Source: Klebsormidium nitens
Lineage: Eukaryota; Plantae; Klebsormidiophyceae
Reading direction: 5' to 3'
Assembly (NCBI GenBank): GCA_000708835.1
Contig: DF237024.1
Coordinates: forward strand, 124,001-188,000
Length of the DNA stretch: 64,000 nucleotides
The translations under genes and the position numbers were made by a program. Below the pieces are notes generated by a model, which worked only from the letters and a program-made list of their open reading frames with translations, did no database searches and was not told the DNA's origin. This document shows positions 1 through 11,541 of this stretch, piece after piece. Positions within the stretch are counted from its first letter, which is position 1, and each line of letters starts with the position of its first letter.

Positions 1-211
1 ACGGACCCCCAATCCAGGAAGTTCGCATATACCTTGTTCACAGGTCATCGGGAGCTTTTTGGTCACATCCTCCGAATTCTGTCCTCAGGCTCTCAGCTTA
101 TTCCTGTAATATGCAAAGCTTCTCTCCCTAAAGGCTCAGCAAACCCAACCACGGCCCATGTTCGCTTAACCTAGGTGTCTGAAAGCTGATTCCTGTATCC
201 TTTGTGTGCAG

Positions 212-3200
212 GGAACCCCAAAAACGAGCAGTCGCGGGCCTAGCCGTGCCGGTTACATGGGCCACTTAACGCGCATGGCGAACAAGCTGATTGCGCTGTC
301 GCCAACGAACGACGCGATCCGGGGCGCACTCGAAGGGGAGGCTGGATGGAACGAGTGGCACCAGAACGTGCTGCAGAAGCGGAACAGCGTGGAGAACGTC
401 TTTCAGTGGAGCTGCGGGTGAGGAAACCCACGATATCAAGTTGCGCTGTGTTAGCATCTGTCGAAGATATTGGTTTTTGTTGGTTTCGCTCGGCTCTCTT
501 CCGGCAGTCGTTCTCTTTTCGTTTCCTCAGGGTTTCTGGGGTTTTCTAGATGTTGGCAAGCCCTCTTCGGTGGAGATTCACCTTTGTCCTGAGGTGCAGA
601 TCCACTGGAGGATTGGTTTGAGTGACCCGCTCGAGGGACTGCGAAACGTGTAATCACGGACGTCGAAAGCATCAGCATGCAACTAGGATTACTGATAGCT
701 CGGACCAAGATTATACTCGCTGATTATCGCAATTTGTGCAAGTCCCTTCCTTTATGTGTTGTTTCGCTCACTGTGTAGTTGTCATCTACTAATAACGAAC
801 GCACGTGATCGCCCCCCGTTAAGCGATGCCCATTCTGAGGCGGCCCACTTGGGCTTGATGTGCCTGGAACGTTCGTTCTGACTTGGTAACTCAATGTCGT
901 CCTTTCCAGGCGGCCGACTGCTGTTGAGGAGCGCACGTCGGAGCCCGTAACCGACGGCGAAAGCGAGTTCATGGACCCGCAGCGCGACTTCGACTTGCCG
1001 CAAGGGAGCATGGCCAACAACATTGGACGGGACCGCTTCAGCAACCGCTACGGAGTGTTCGACGGGGAGGTCGAAGAGGTCAGTCACGAAGTCTGACCTT
1101 CCTTAGTCTGAGGTTCAAGTGTGGGTTTGTTAAAGGCGCACATATTAGCATGTCACGGGAAATGCTTCGGCGATCGGGTGAATCAAGGCAAGGTTACGGC
1201 GTGCAGATTCGCGTATAGCGTTAATAGACTAATTGACAAAACGAACTCGAAAAGGTTACTCGGATTTCAGCGGCAAGCCTCTTCAGTACTGAAGTACTTT
1301 GAAAGTTGCTTGTGGCTAAAGATGGAGACAGGAAGCCGTTGTGGGCTTCGCAGCGAGTTGTGAGGAGCGGTGTCGCAACCACCCGCGTGCTCGCTCTAGG
1401 ACGGGCTCTGAAGAAGACAAAAAATCAGCGGGTTTAACCTGAGCCGTTGCAAAGCTGGTATTTTCCAAAGAAGCACGGTGAAGGTCCTCTGTTCAGCTAT
1501 TCTTTCAGCCGGATCCTTCGAGCATCTCAAAGGCTGGGGCAAGAACGTGTTTTGATCCTTTGTGGATTCACCTCTTTCGACAACAGAAGATCGTAATCTG
1601 CTGTTGGGCGCCCTTGCAGCAGGACGTGTTTTTCGACGACGAGACCGCGGAGGTGGTCATCTCGTCCTTGCATCTGGGGGGTGACGACAGCAGCGACGAG
1701 GACGAGGGGGAAGCCACGTCGTCGAAGAGGAGCCCCGAGGGAGCGGAGGTGCGGAAAATTTTGCACACACTCTACATCTTGGTATCCGTGTCCTCTCCGT
1801 GCTTCCAAATGCATCGTCCTTCTTCCTCTTTGCTGCGATTCACGGACGTTTCTGCTTATTCCCCTTTCTACCTTCCTAACTTTCTGATGCGGGACTCAAT
1901 CAACACTTTCCGTGTCCCAAAAGTGCATTCTGGTTTCTCATCCTTTTCAAAGTTCTTCCCGCTTCCAATGCGCCTGTTGATGGACTCTGGTTTTCAAGAA
2001 CGCGTAGTCGGCCTCTTAAGGCTTTTTAAAGGGAAATCAGGGCGTGCAATCATTGTTAGTGCGGTTCGAACCAGCTCTAAAGAAGTTGCGGCAACATCCA
2101 TTCTCGTTGCTATTGGTCGCTGAAAGTCTCATCATTCTTCTATCGGGTAGCGGCAGGGACAAAGAGGAAGTCTCCCCCCGCTTTTCCCTCGCAGGGGGTG
2201 GTTCTGGTTTCCCACAATTTGTAGCAAGATGCGACAACATGCCTCGAAGCTACTGATGTCTAAGAATCCTTTTCCGTCCAGGTTAACGACAGCGACAGTG
2301 ACGAAGAAGAGGTGTCCCCCAAAGTCCCGAGGGGGGGCTTCCGATTCATGCAATTTGTAGCAGCTGCGTCACCACTCATCCGAGCTACTGATGTTACAAT
2401 ATCTTATTTTGTCCAGGTTATTGATAGCGACAGCGACGAAGAAGAGGTGTCCCCCAAAGTCCCGAGGGGGGGCTTCCGATTCATGCAATTTGTAGCAGAA
2501 ACGTCATCAATTTGTAGCAGATACGTCACCACTTATCCGAGCTACTGATGTCTTAGAATCCTTTTCTGTCCAGGTTATTGATAGCGACAGCGATGAAGAA
2601 GAGGTGTCCCCCAAAGTCCCGAGGGGGGGCTTCCGCTTCCCCAAGCCCACTGCCCTGGAGGTCGAAGGTGCGGGGGAGTCTTCCGGCGGGGGGGGCAGCG
2701 ACGACGAGGTTGTGCTTGGAGACGAGGACATGCTGCCCGGGAGCCCAACGGCGCCAGTGGATTTGTCGGAAGCTGCGGCAGCGGCGGCAGCCGGGAAACG
2801 TGAGTTGCGAAATCAAGGGTTTCTGGTTTCAGGTTTTCAAGCTCTGTAAGGGGTCTGAGGAGATTCAGCAGCCCTTGGCAGCAGCCGGGAGACGTGGGGC
2901 TCAGAAATGAGGGTTTATGGGTTCAGGGTTTCAGGCTCTCAAGGGTTGTAAGGGGATTAAGATGCATCAGTGAAGTCGCTTAGTGGACCGCGCGAAAGTG
3001 CCTGCAGTGGCAGCCGTAAGGAACGTGTACTCTGGATCCGGGTCTCATGATTTCCAAGCATCGAGCCGTCGAGGGTTTTTAAGGAGTCGCAATCGCTGTT
3101 CAGTGGCTTAGTGAACACCTGGGCGCCAGCACACGCGGCCGGGAACGGTAAGGAGACTGAGCCTTCGATTGCGGCGTTCCATCGACTTTGTGTCGCTTGT

Positions 3201-5347
3201 CACAGAGCTTTCTGTGCGTGGGGTGGCCGAAGGCAGTCGTAGCGGCACAGCCAGCTGCCGAACAACGGCACTCTTTGGAACCTACTGCTGTTCTCCCTGG
3301 AGCTTACCAAGGCTGCGTCGTTCATTGAGCCGTTTGTTGGGTCGAACCTCAGATCCCTTCGGTGCTGATTCCGCACCCTCCTTATCTGCCTTCTGCATGT
3401 GGCTCAGCAAGTGAAACATGTGACCTGCGCCGTCCTAGTGTCGGTTTTCAGCAGGATAATTCGGATTTGGCAGAAGATCATTGGCTCGCCGGGTTTTTTG
3501 ACGGTGATGGAAGCTTTTGGATACGTGATACTCTTGCAACAAAAGATAGCAAAAAGCGAATATTATCCGCTGGGCTCTGTGATTTTTCGTATATATCACA
3601 CAATCTCAAACCCGTCCTTGTCGTGCTGCAGTGGGCACTGCTGGCGTCATCGCTGAGGGCAGCGGGAAGCTCTCCGAGGCGGCGCTCGCCAAGGAGGCGA
3701 CCCAGGACGTGGACCTGTTTGGCGACGCGTCGCCCTTCAGGGCCACGCAGCCCGCCAACCCGCCCGCGGCCCCTGCCCCCAAGAACTTCTTTGCTCCCGC
3801 AGGGTCTCCGCCGGGCGGGTTTGCGGACTTCAACTCCTTTGCGGCGGACTTCGCCGCCAACTTCTCTGGTGAGTGTTGCGGAGAAAGAGGCCAGCGGTGC
3901 TTTGTTAAGCACTGCCATTGTTGACAGAATTCTTGTCCGATGTTTAGCAGGGCAGACAGCTCTGCGCGCCCTCAGTCCGACCTACAAAAAAAGGAAAACA
4001 AAGGGGGTTGGGGGGGCAACAAATCGCTCTCTTCGCAGTTGCAAAAAGTAGGCTTTAGACGCTTCTGCCACCGCGACTCGTTGCTGACGTCCTCTTTCGT
4101 TTGCAGATTCGCCAGTACCTGCAAGCTCTCCTACGCCCTCAAAGCCCCCTAGCCGCGGCTTCGGATCCCCCGAGTCGTTTGGCTCGCCAGACTCGTTCGA
4201 ACCCCCCAACCATTCCTTCCCCGCTTTCCCCATCAACCCCGCCCGCAATATCGACCTTTTCGCCGATGAGACGCCCTTCACGGTTGGGGGGCCCTCCGCT
4301 TTCTCCGCCGTCCCCCCCAAACCCGCGCACGAGAAAGCGGAGCCCCTCGACACCAATTTGTTTGCCTCTGCCGGGGGGGATGTTGGCGTCAGCCAGGGAC
4401 CCCCCCTCAACGACCTTTTCGCAAAGGGGGGGCCCCCTTCCCCTCCCGTCGACCTGTTTGCTGCGGCGCAGGCGACCCCCCATGCGGAGGAAGCGCACAG
4501 CGCCATGCAGCAGGGGACTGCTACGGAGATTGGGTGGTTCAAAGACGACGCCAGCCGCGCGCCAGAGGGGTCGGAAACGCCTGGTTCGGACACCCCCGAA
4601 GAAGGGCGCTTCTCGTCGGACTCGTTGGAGAAGCCTTCCAAGGAGGGGTCGGAAAACGCGGAGCCTGAGGGGCGGGGGTTGTATTCAGCGGACTCGCTAG
4701 ACACGGCCACCGAGGGGGGTTTGGAGAAAGTGGATTCGGAGGAGGGGGTGCGAGAGATGAGCGAGTCTGGCGGTGAAATGACCGTGGAGCAACCCAAGGG
4801 AAAAGTTGGGAAGGAGCATGATAGCCATGAAACTGACAAGCATGCAAAGCTAGAAGAAGACACGTCCGAGCTCGGGCATGGAAAAGGACCCAAAGAGGGT
4901 TTGAAAGACGACGCAAGCCCGGAGTTGACTTCCGAGAAGGATGTCAAGCCCGAGTCGCGGGGAGCCCTCGGGGGTTTGGCCGCTCTCGGAGCGGCGGCAG
5001 TTGGCGGCGTTGGGGCAATCGGGGCTAGCTTGGGCCACGCGTTTTCAAAGCAGGATTCGGATGAGAAGCCCGCGGAAGCGATCGAAAGCGAGTCGAGGAT
5101 GGAGGCTGTTGACAAGCACCAGCGGTCCTTGGAGGCGCCTTCTACCTCGTTGCAAACGCCCGCACACGGCGCGCATGCTCCAACAAACGTAATAGGCGCT
5201 GGCGAAGCTACGGGTGGCAAGTTGGGAGCCGAGGAATCGGCGTCAGCGAAACAGAATCACGTGGGTCCAGCAGAGAAGTCCGAGTTTAACGATGTAAACT
5301 TCTGGAAGAGTAGCTATGGAATGTCAATAGACGAAGATGCTCTTTAA
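212..5347 (+). CDS. PPP6R: SIT4 phosphatase-associated (SAPS) family PP6 regulatory subunit, 3' part (5' exons upstream of window)
   Basis: Exons 212-417, 910-1078, 1620(or 1623; CAGCAG)-1748, 2574-2799, 3632-3868 and 4107-5347 join in frame through GT-AG introns. The translation has the plant SAPS motifs RAGYMGHLTRMAN, W..W...VLQKRNSVENVFQWSCGRPT, DVFFDDETAEVVISSLHLG and C-terminal EFNDVNFWK. Confidence 0.92.
2150..2640 (+). repeat. Tandem reiterations of the SAPS exon-4 acceptor junction
   Basis: gtccag|GTTA..GACAGCGAC..GAAGAAGAGGTGTCCCCCAAAGTCCCGAGGGGGGGCTTCCG occurs at 2282, 2417 and 2574 (functional). A decayed copy lies at ~2155-2200. Confidence 0.95.
2780..3160 (+). repeat. Degenerate reiterations of the SAPS exon-4 donor junction
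   Basis: The real donor gcagccgggaaac|GT is at 2800. Echoes: gcagccgggagac|GT 2894, gcagccgtaaggaac|GT 3025, gcggccgggaacg|GT 3148. Confidence 0.7.
3440..3610 (+). pseudogene. LAGLIDADG homing endonuclease fragment in SAPS intron (probable organelle-derived relic)
   Basis: The frame of ORF 3362-4051 reads FQQDNSDLAEDHWLAGFFDGDGSFWIRDTLATKDSKKRIL, and 3482-3523 matches the LAGLIDADG helix consensus. The segment is more AT-rich than the flanking exons and has no complete domain. Confidence 0.65.
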
Positions 5348-7743
5348 CGCAGCGCCTACATACTTCCCCTTGACACGTGATGGGTCCTTTCTTCAATACG
5401 GCTAGCTTGGCATTGTGGCAGCCGCCAGCGTTATGTTGTATAGGTCATTATCAGGCTTTGAATGCATCAGGTGAAGCAGATTATATAGAAAGGATTGGAC
5501 AGTGAAAAGCCACATTGAGCCAGACTCGCTAGTGACTTGCAAGCTTGCTAAACCTCCACATGTCGCCTATTCTTCAAAGCCTTTCTGGAAGTTGCATGTT
5601 GACTGTCTACGGTCCCTGCTTATGTTTTGAGAGTGGCCAATCGCCGGATGGGTTTTGGATAGAGGTGCAGAGTCAAGGCGAAGGACGTGCCGGTGGCCTA
5701 ATAACAGAGGGGCAAAGGTTCACTTGCAGTCCCACCGGTTTGTTATATAATGAAAACGGTATACCGGTATTCTGCAATTAGTCAATACTGCAAGTTATAT
5801 TCTTCGATTGGGCTCTGTATGCACAGGAGCATGCTGGCGCATTATGCATTTGGAAGATGATGTGACGTCAAAGGCTAACCCGGTTGGTACCTACCGTCCG
5901 ACTACCGACACTAGCGCGGTTGGTCATGATTTTGGAACTTGGAAGTTGCCCCAGCTGCCGCTCGGAAGCAGCAGGGTGACCTGCAGAGTAGCACCCGGTA
6001 GCTGCTACAGCACTGTTGCGAAGGTGCCCGGGGACAAAGATTCGATAATGTCGTCATCCTAATGATGAATCAAGGAGGCCCAAGGAGGTCGGCCGGCAAG
6101 GGAGCTTGGCAAGAGCTGGAGCCTAGAACTGGAATAGTGCATGGAACTTGATTGAAATTTGGTTCTAGGTACATGGTCGCTGATTCCCGCTTCCACTCTA
6201 AGGTAGTCTCCAAACTTTCTCTTCGCGGAATCTCAGAGCTAGGTCTACCGTCTCAGCAGCAGAGGCCTGAAAAACATCACTTCGTTTTCAACCCATTGAC
6301 AACAGCGCTGCTAAGGAGCTGTTCCGCAGCTACAGCCCATATCAGCTCTCCGATCAGTGATACAAAGCACAGCAAGCGCAATAAGCAACTTGAGCAGATA
6401 TCCCTTGCACAGTCCGCCTGTGTTATCACTTCTTGCCAGCTGCTGCCAGACCGGAGCATTGATTGGATTGCTCATGCTTATTGATCTAGTGGAACAGGCA
6501 CAGCTGAGCTAGTAAGCCCGAATCCAGTGTTGACACTACATCCAGCAGGCGGCGCGTGGCTCATCTGAATCCAATGGCGCCCAGTTCAGACATTACGGTG
6601 AGCGTCCTTGCATCTCTGCTAGGGTAAGAGTGTCCCCGGTTGCAATGCTGAGCTTTGCAGGTTAGCTCAAAAAACTTCTTTTGCTTAGTACCGATCACAG
6701 TTGCAAAGTTGCATTGCCCAGCAGTTGATGCAAATTCGAGTCAGACAGATTTTGCATAAATCCAAAATCGGTTTTGGTATTTTGGATCTCCTCCTACATT
6801 GAGCTCGAATTGTGAGGGAGTAGGAAGGGACACGTGCTCGAAAGTCGTGTCTTGGATCTTGCGACTTTTATTTATTGTGCTCACCTTATCAAACCGTACA
6901 TATTGCCATCTATCATGGCTCCATCCACTGGCCCGTTCTATCAGACAATCCCTGCCTGCAACAGTCTTCTGTGTCTCATAGCAGATAATGAAGTAACGTA
7001 TCCTCTCAAATCAACGACCTGTAGATTACGTGTGCATCAGAATAAACAGCTCACTTGCAGCGTGCCAATAACGAGTGTGCAAAGACTGAAGAGGTGATGG
7101 TCTGTCCTCAGATTGGAGAAAGGACACAAGTCTTTCAAAACTCCAATGCTTGAAGTGACGTCGGATTCTAGCTGTGTCAATCAAGCTCGCGCTCAGAAAG
7201 TCACGGCCGTTCTGAGCTTTTTGGAGCCACTGGATGCCCGCGTGATCTACGAAGTTGCTTAGATATCTTGAGAGCAAGTACGGTTGTCAGAAGCAAAGCC
7301 GACCATAGATATGGAAACTATTGCTAGTCCAAATTGCTAGTCTTCGACGTTGTCATCAAGCAGAAAACAGATTCCAGATCCCTCTGTCATTCCAATCACC
7401 ATTGCGAGCTAGCCATAGTATCCGCCTCATAAGGTTGATTATTGCACTCCTTCTCAGCTGCACTGGTCCACTTGATTGCTGACCGCCTTCTCCTAAACCA
7501 GATTGACATTAAGAGGAAGCTGGAGGTGGAAAAATATTCAATCCCTCCCCAAGTATCAGCAAAAGCTCTCTCGTATGGTCGCCACCGTCCCACCAAATCT
7601 CCGGCAGTGGTTTTCTCATAGATCCACAGTCTGTTTGGAAACAGGGACCAGCAAAATAGAGATATTTTCCCCCAGCTTCTTCTCAACCCCCGCTCTTACT
7701 TTCACTGCCAGATTGATAATCTGACACCTGCCCTTCTGTTCAG

Positions 7744-10700
7744 GTGTACCACGCTCGAATGACCCGCTCTTCTCGGGTCGTGTTTCTGCTCGAAGAATTG
7801 GGCTTACCTTACAAGGTCAGTAGTCCGCCCGAAACCCAATTTTGTGACCCAGATTTTCTACTTGGGTTTGCAAGACAGTAGATACCTGCAAAGGTACCAA
7901 TAAAGGTGAAAATGTCGCCGCCAAATTTCATTTCTGTAACCTGGAGCAGCGGTACAAAGCTACATACTCACTGCCGTGAAGGAAGGGCGCTTGATAGTTC
8001 AGAAAGTTGGATCGACTCGTTCAACAGATTATGCAGCGTCAGAGACTGGTACTGAAGCAGGGAGATGCTCGAGGTTATGGTGCAGACCGAGTAACAAGTA
8101 CTTTTGAGATTGGACGTTTTCTTCTCGATCTCAGCAAGAATTAAGAGGGATTTCGTGATACTTTCAGCTCGTCAAGCAGGGGTTCCTGCCCTTCGCATGT
8201 CCAATTTTCGACGCAAACGAATGCTCAAAAGTTGACGCTTAACACGTAACGCCCAGGTTTCTATCGATCATTCAGTGTTCGCGATAGTGCTACCCACAAC
8301 AGATTCGCTAAGAGGGTCGCCGCTGATCTCCTCAGGTCGTCAAGAAGCCGTTCCTGCCTTTCGGTCTGAGGGACGACGCCGAGTACGTGGATTCCATTCA
8401 CCCCCTGGGACTGCTTCCGGGTTTCACGGACGGCCCTGATATCACCATCATTGAGTCAGGTCAGCGGCTTTGGGCTGCGGAACTCAAGGTCCGAGATAAG
8501 TACTTTCAGGATATGGGCGATAGACATACTAATAGAAAATAATTGCCTTTCTGAAGCCACAGGTTTGTGTTTCGTGACCCTCCGCGGCCAAAGGTTCTTA
8601 GGGAGCCGGGAAGAATTTGAATCACGTTTTGAGGCAACCGTACTCTATTTTACAAGCACGAAATTCCAGCGCATCAAAAGAGCTGTGACGAGTGTACCGT
8701 TTCTGACTTTGTAAAATGTGATCAGGATTCGGGACCGGCAGGACCAAGTCGGAACCTTTTAGAGCTTGATTATCCTGAGAAATAGCTCGGCTGCACAAAA
8801 CTCACAGGATAAACTTGCCAAAACAAAATGGTGGAATTGACCAGTAGCGCCTTTCTACTGGTCCGTCAAACAAAGTACATTCCGCCCTCGTGCAGTGGCC
8901 GTCATGCAATACCTAGTGGAGCAATACGACCCAGAACATAAGCTCTCCCCGCCCATAAGCGACAAGCACGCGCGCGCGGCGTATCTCAACTGGCTCGTCT
9001 TCGCGGAGGCGACCCTCGCGGCCGCCGTCGGCTACACCGAGATGCACACACTCGTGCTGCCCGAGGAGCGCCGCAACGCGCGCGCCGCGGAGCAGTGAGT
9101 GCCGCTGACGTCAGCTGACGTCGTGCTCTCCTCTAACTTTCTGCTCAAGATCATTCTAGTCTTCGAAATGCCGCTGGACAAGTGAGAGGAGACACACGCT
9201 CGTGCTGCCGGAGGAGCGCCGCAACGCGCGTGACGCGGAGCAGTGAGTCCCGCCGACGTCATCTGCTGACGTCACTCTTCTCGAAGCCCTGCTCTCGTCT
9301 GACTTTCTGCTCAAGATCGTTTTAGTCTTCGAAAACTGCCTTTGAATCAAAGATTCGAAAACACACCGAGATGCACACGCTCGAGCTGCCGCACTGACTC
9401 GCGCGCCGCGGAGCAGTGAGTGCCGCTGACGTCACTACGGTCGAAGCCCTTCCCTGCTCAGACCTCAAGGAGGTGCTGAAAGTTGTCGTTCTTTGGATTT
9501 TCGGCACTCCGAACTTGCGGCTGTGTTGAAAACGAGGATCAGATAGATATGCAGATACACTCCAGAAAGAAAAGGCATGCCGTTCTGCGTTTCGTTCGTG
9601 ACCCAGAGGCTGAACTGGCTTGAGAGGACAGTTAAAGATTCCTGAAGCTCAGCGAAAGGAATTTGACGTGTCAAGATATGTCTGGACAACTTCGGAACCG
9701 GCTTTCCGGTCGCTGCTCCTTGTGGCGATGGGAAAAGCAAGACGCGAGATTGCGGACTAGAACGAATTGAATCTATTCAACTCTTGAGATTTGGCCGTGC
9801 ACACTCAAAAGGCGAGGCGCTCAATCGGTGAATTGCAAGACGTGGAGCAATTCGTCTACACGTTTTATAAACTATTAAAAATAAAGAAAAGAAAAAACAA
9901 AATTAAAAAATTGTGAAGCCGATTCTACTTACGCGCTTTTCACTCGCATTTGCGAATCGGCGCATCTGCATCTTGGCCAAGGCGAAGTTTGCCCTTTTTC
10001 TTTTCTTTCCAAGACGACGACTTACCTTTCTTCGAGCGATCTCTCGGATTGCGAGCGGAGGACTGACAGGACTGCTTTTTACGTGTTCTTCGTATCTGAT
10101 CCGGTTGCCTTCCACGTACGCACGTTATAACGGCCAAGTGAATAGACCTTTCCCGTTGGATCGGATTCTAGGCGCTTCATTCTGACGGACCGCATGCCTC
10201 TTGACCCCTCAAGGAATCACGGGGGCTGAAGGCTTTTGATGAAACACGAAATCGCTTTTATTTGACGAGTTAGAGGCGGACTCTCGGACTGATTGTCTGG
10301 ATCGTAGACATATGGATATAAAACGAGTCCCACCCACTAAAATCGACTACTTTTCGTGGTCTCCGTAGGACAAAGATTGGCGTGACTCAGGGCCTGGCGA
10401 TACTCGAGAAAGCGCTGGCCGGGAAGACGTTCGGGATCGTAAACGGCTCCTTCACCGCTGCGGACATCGTGCTGTACCAGGTGGGCTGACGATCGTGACG
10501 TGGCACTTTATACGCTATACTCTAAGCTCCAATTATACGCCACACACAGAGGCCCAGCTATGCTACAAAGCCCTTCTAGCATAAAGCTGGCCTTCCAGCA
10601 CGTTTACGCCTGGAGCTGTCGGCTACCGACCGAAGCGGCTCTTCAATTCCAAACTCTTTTTGAACGAGATTCGTGCTAGGAAAAGGGTTTCTTTTCGTGG

Positions 10701-11541
10701 CGTTAAGGTGCCCAAATCAAGCCTGCTCAATTTCCGCAACTTTCCAAACCCGTGTTGAACGCTGAATTCAAATGAAAGCGGTGTCAAAGGTTTTTGCACT
10801 GGCAAGTCTCTCTATTTGCCATCTCGTGAAGGGAGCATGGTCAGTGAGCAAGGGGCCACGTGGCGCTCTAGCGGCAGCACTTAACCGTCTGAGAGTGGTG
10901 TCGTTCCTTGACACTGCACTGGTCCACGCTTCGTCGCCTGTGGCACGCTACCCCGAGCCCTCTGATGATTCTAACGTCCACGAATCGAGCGCAGATGCTG
11001 TTGATTGCTCATCATTGTTTAGCGCGACGCAATTGTTTCATTAACTTCGGGTTTGTCACGTCATCCAAGCTGACTCATTTACACCACAGCCAACCAGGAT
11101 GCGATGCCTTACTGCGTGCGAAGCGACAAAATCCCTGTCAAGCTGTAGTCCTGGCACGCTTGAGATTCCGCATGTGTGATCGAACAGTGTCAAATTTCCC
11201 GCTACCTCCGCTCGTTTTTGCGGCTCAAATCCGCCACTTTGCTCTGGACCAGGATACAATTTCAAAGTACCAGTATTTAGCAACGCAAGCTTCCTCCCTA
11301 TATGGCATATGCAGGAGCGAGAGGGGTCAGCAAACCTGCGCTGTCAGTCACCCCTCAAATAATGAAATCATCTCTTAGCAAACCTTAGATTGATACCAGT
11401 TGCTTTGCCTTTTCTTTACAGACTGTGTATCTCGCGGACGAGCTGCTCCACATGGTTTCGCCCGAAGAGTACCCCAACATTTCCGCCTGGTATGCGGAGG
11501 TGGCTAAGAGGCCTGCGGCGGCAAAGGCTTACAAAGAGTGA
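7744..11541 (+). CDS. Glutathione S-transferase, GTT1/bacterial-like class (start exon not resolved)
   Basis: Exons 7744-7815, 8336-8459, 8896-9094, 10369-10480 and 11422-11541 splice in frame: VYHARMTRSSRVVFLLEELGLPYK..HPLGLLPGFTDG..IIESVAVMQYLVEQY..RAAYLNWLVFAEATL..LEKALAGKTF..FTAADI..YPNISAWYAEVAKRPAA. Confidence 0.9.
9040..9440 (+). repeat. Triplicated GST exon-3 donor junction
   Basis: cacac(a/g)ctcg.gctgcc...gcggagca|GTGAGT.ccgc.gacgtca has donors at 9095 (real), 9243 and 9416. Confidence 0.9.

Noticed and set aside
3362-4051. 229-aa ORF as a complete homing endonuclease gene
   Set aside because: Only ~50 codons resemble LAGLIDADG. The rest is the +1 frame of a SAPS exon and intron.
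3982-5220. 412-aa minus-strand ORF and overlapping ORF 4101-4700 (+)
   Set aside because: Antisense or off-frame shadows of the GC-rich SAPS terminal exon, with no recognisable domain.
5350-7740. Numerous 60-110-aa intergenic ORFs (also 33500-37900 and 41400-43000)
   Set aside because: No domain motifs, no GC3 bias, and lengths consistent with chance.
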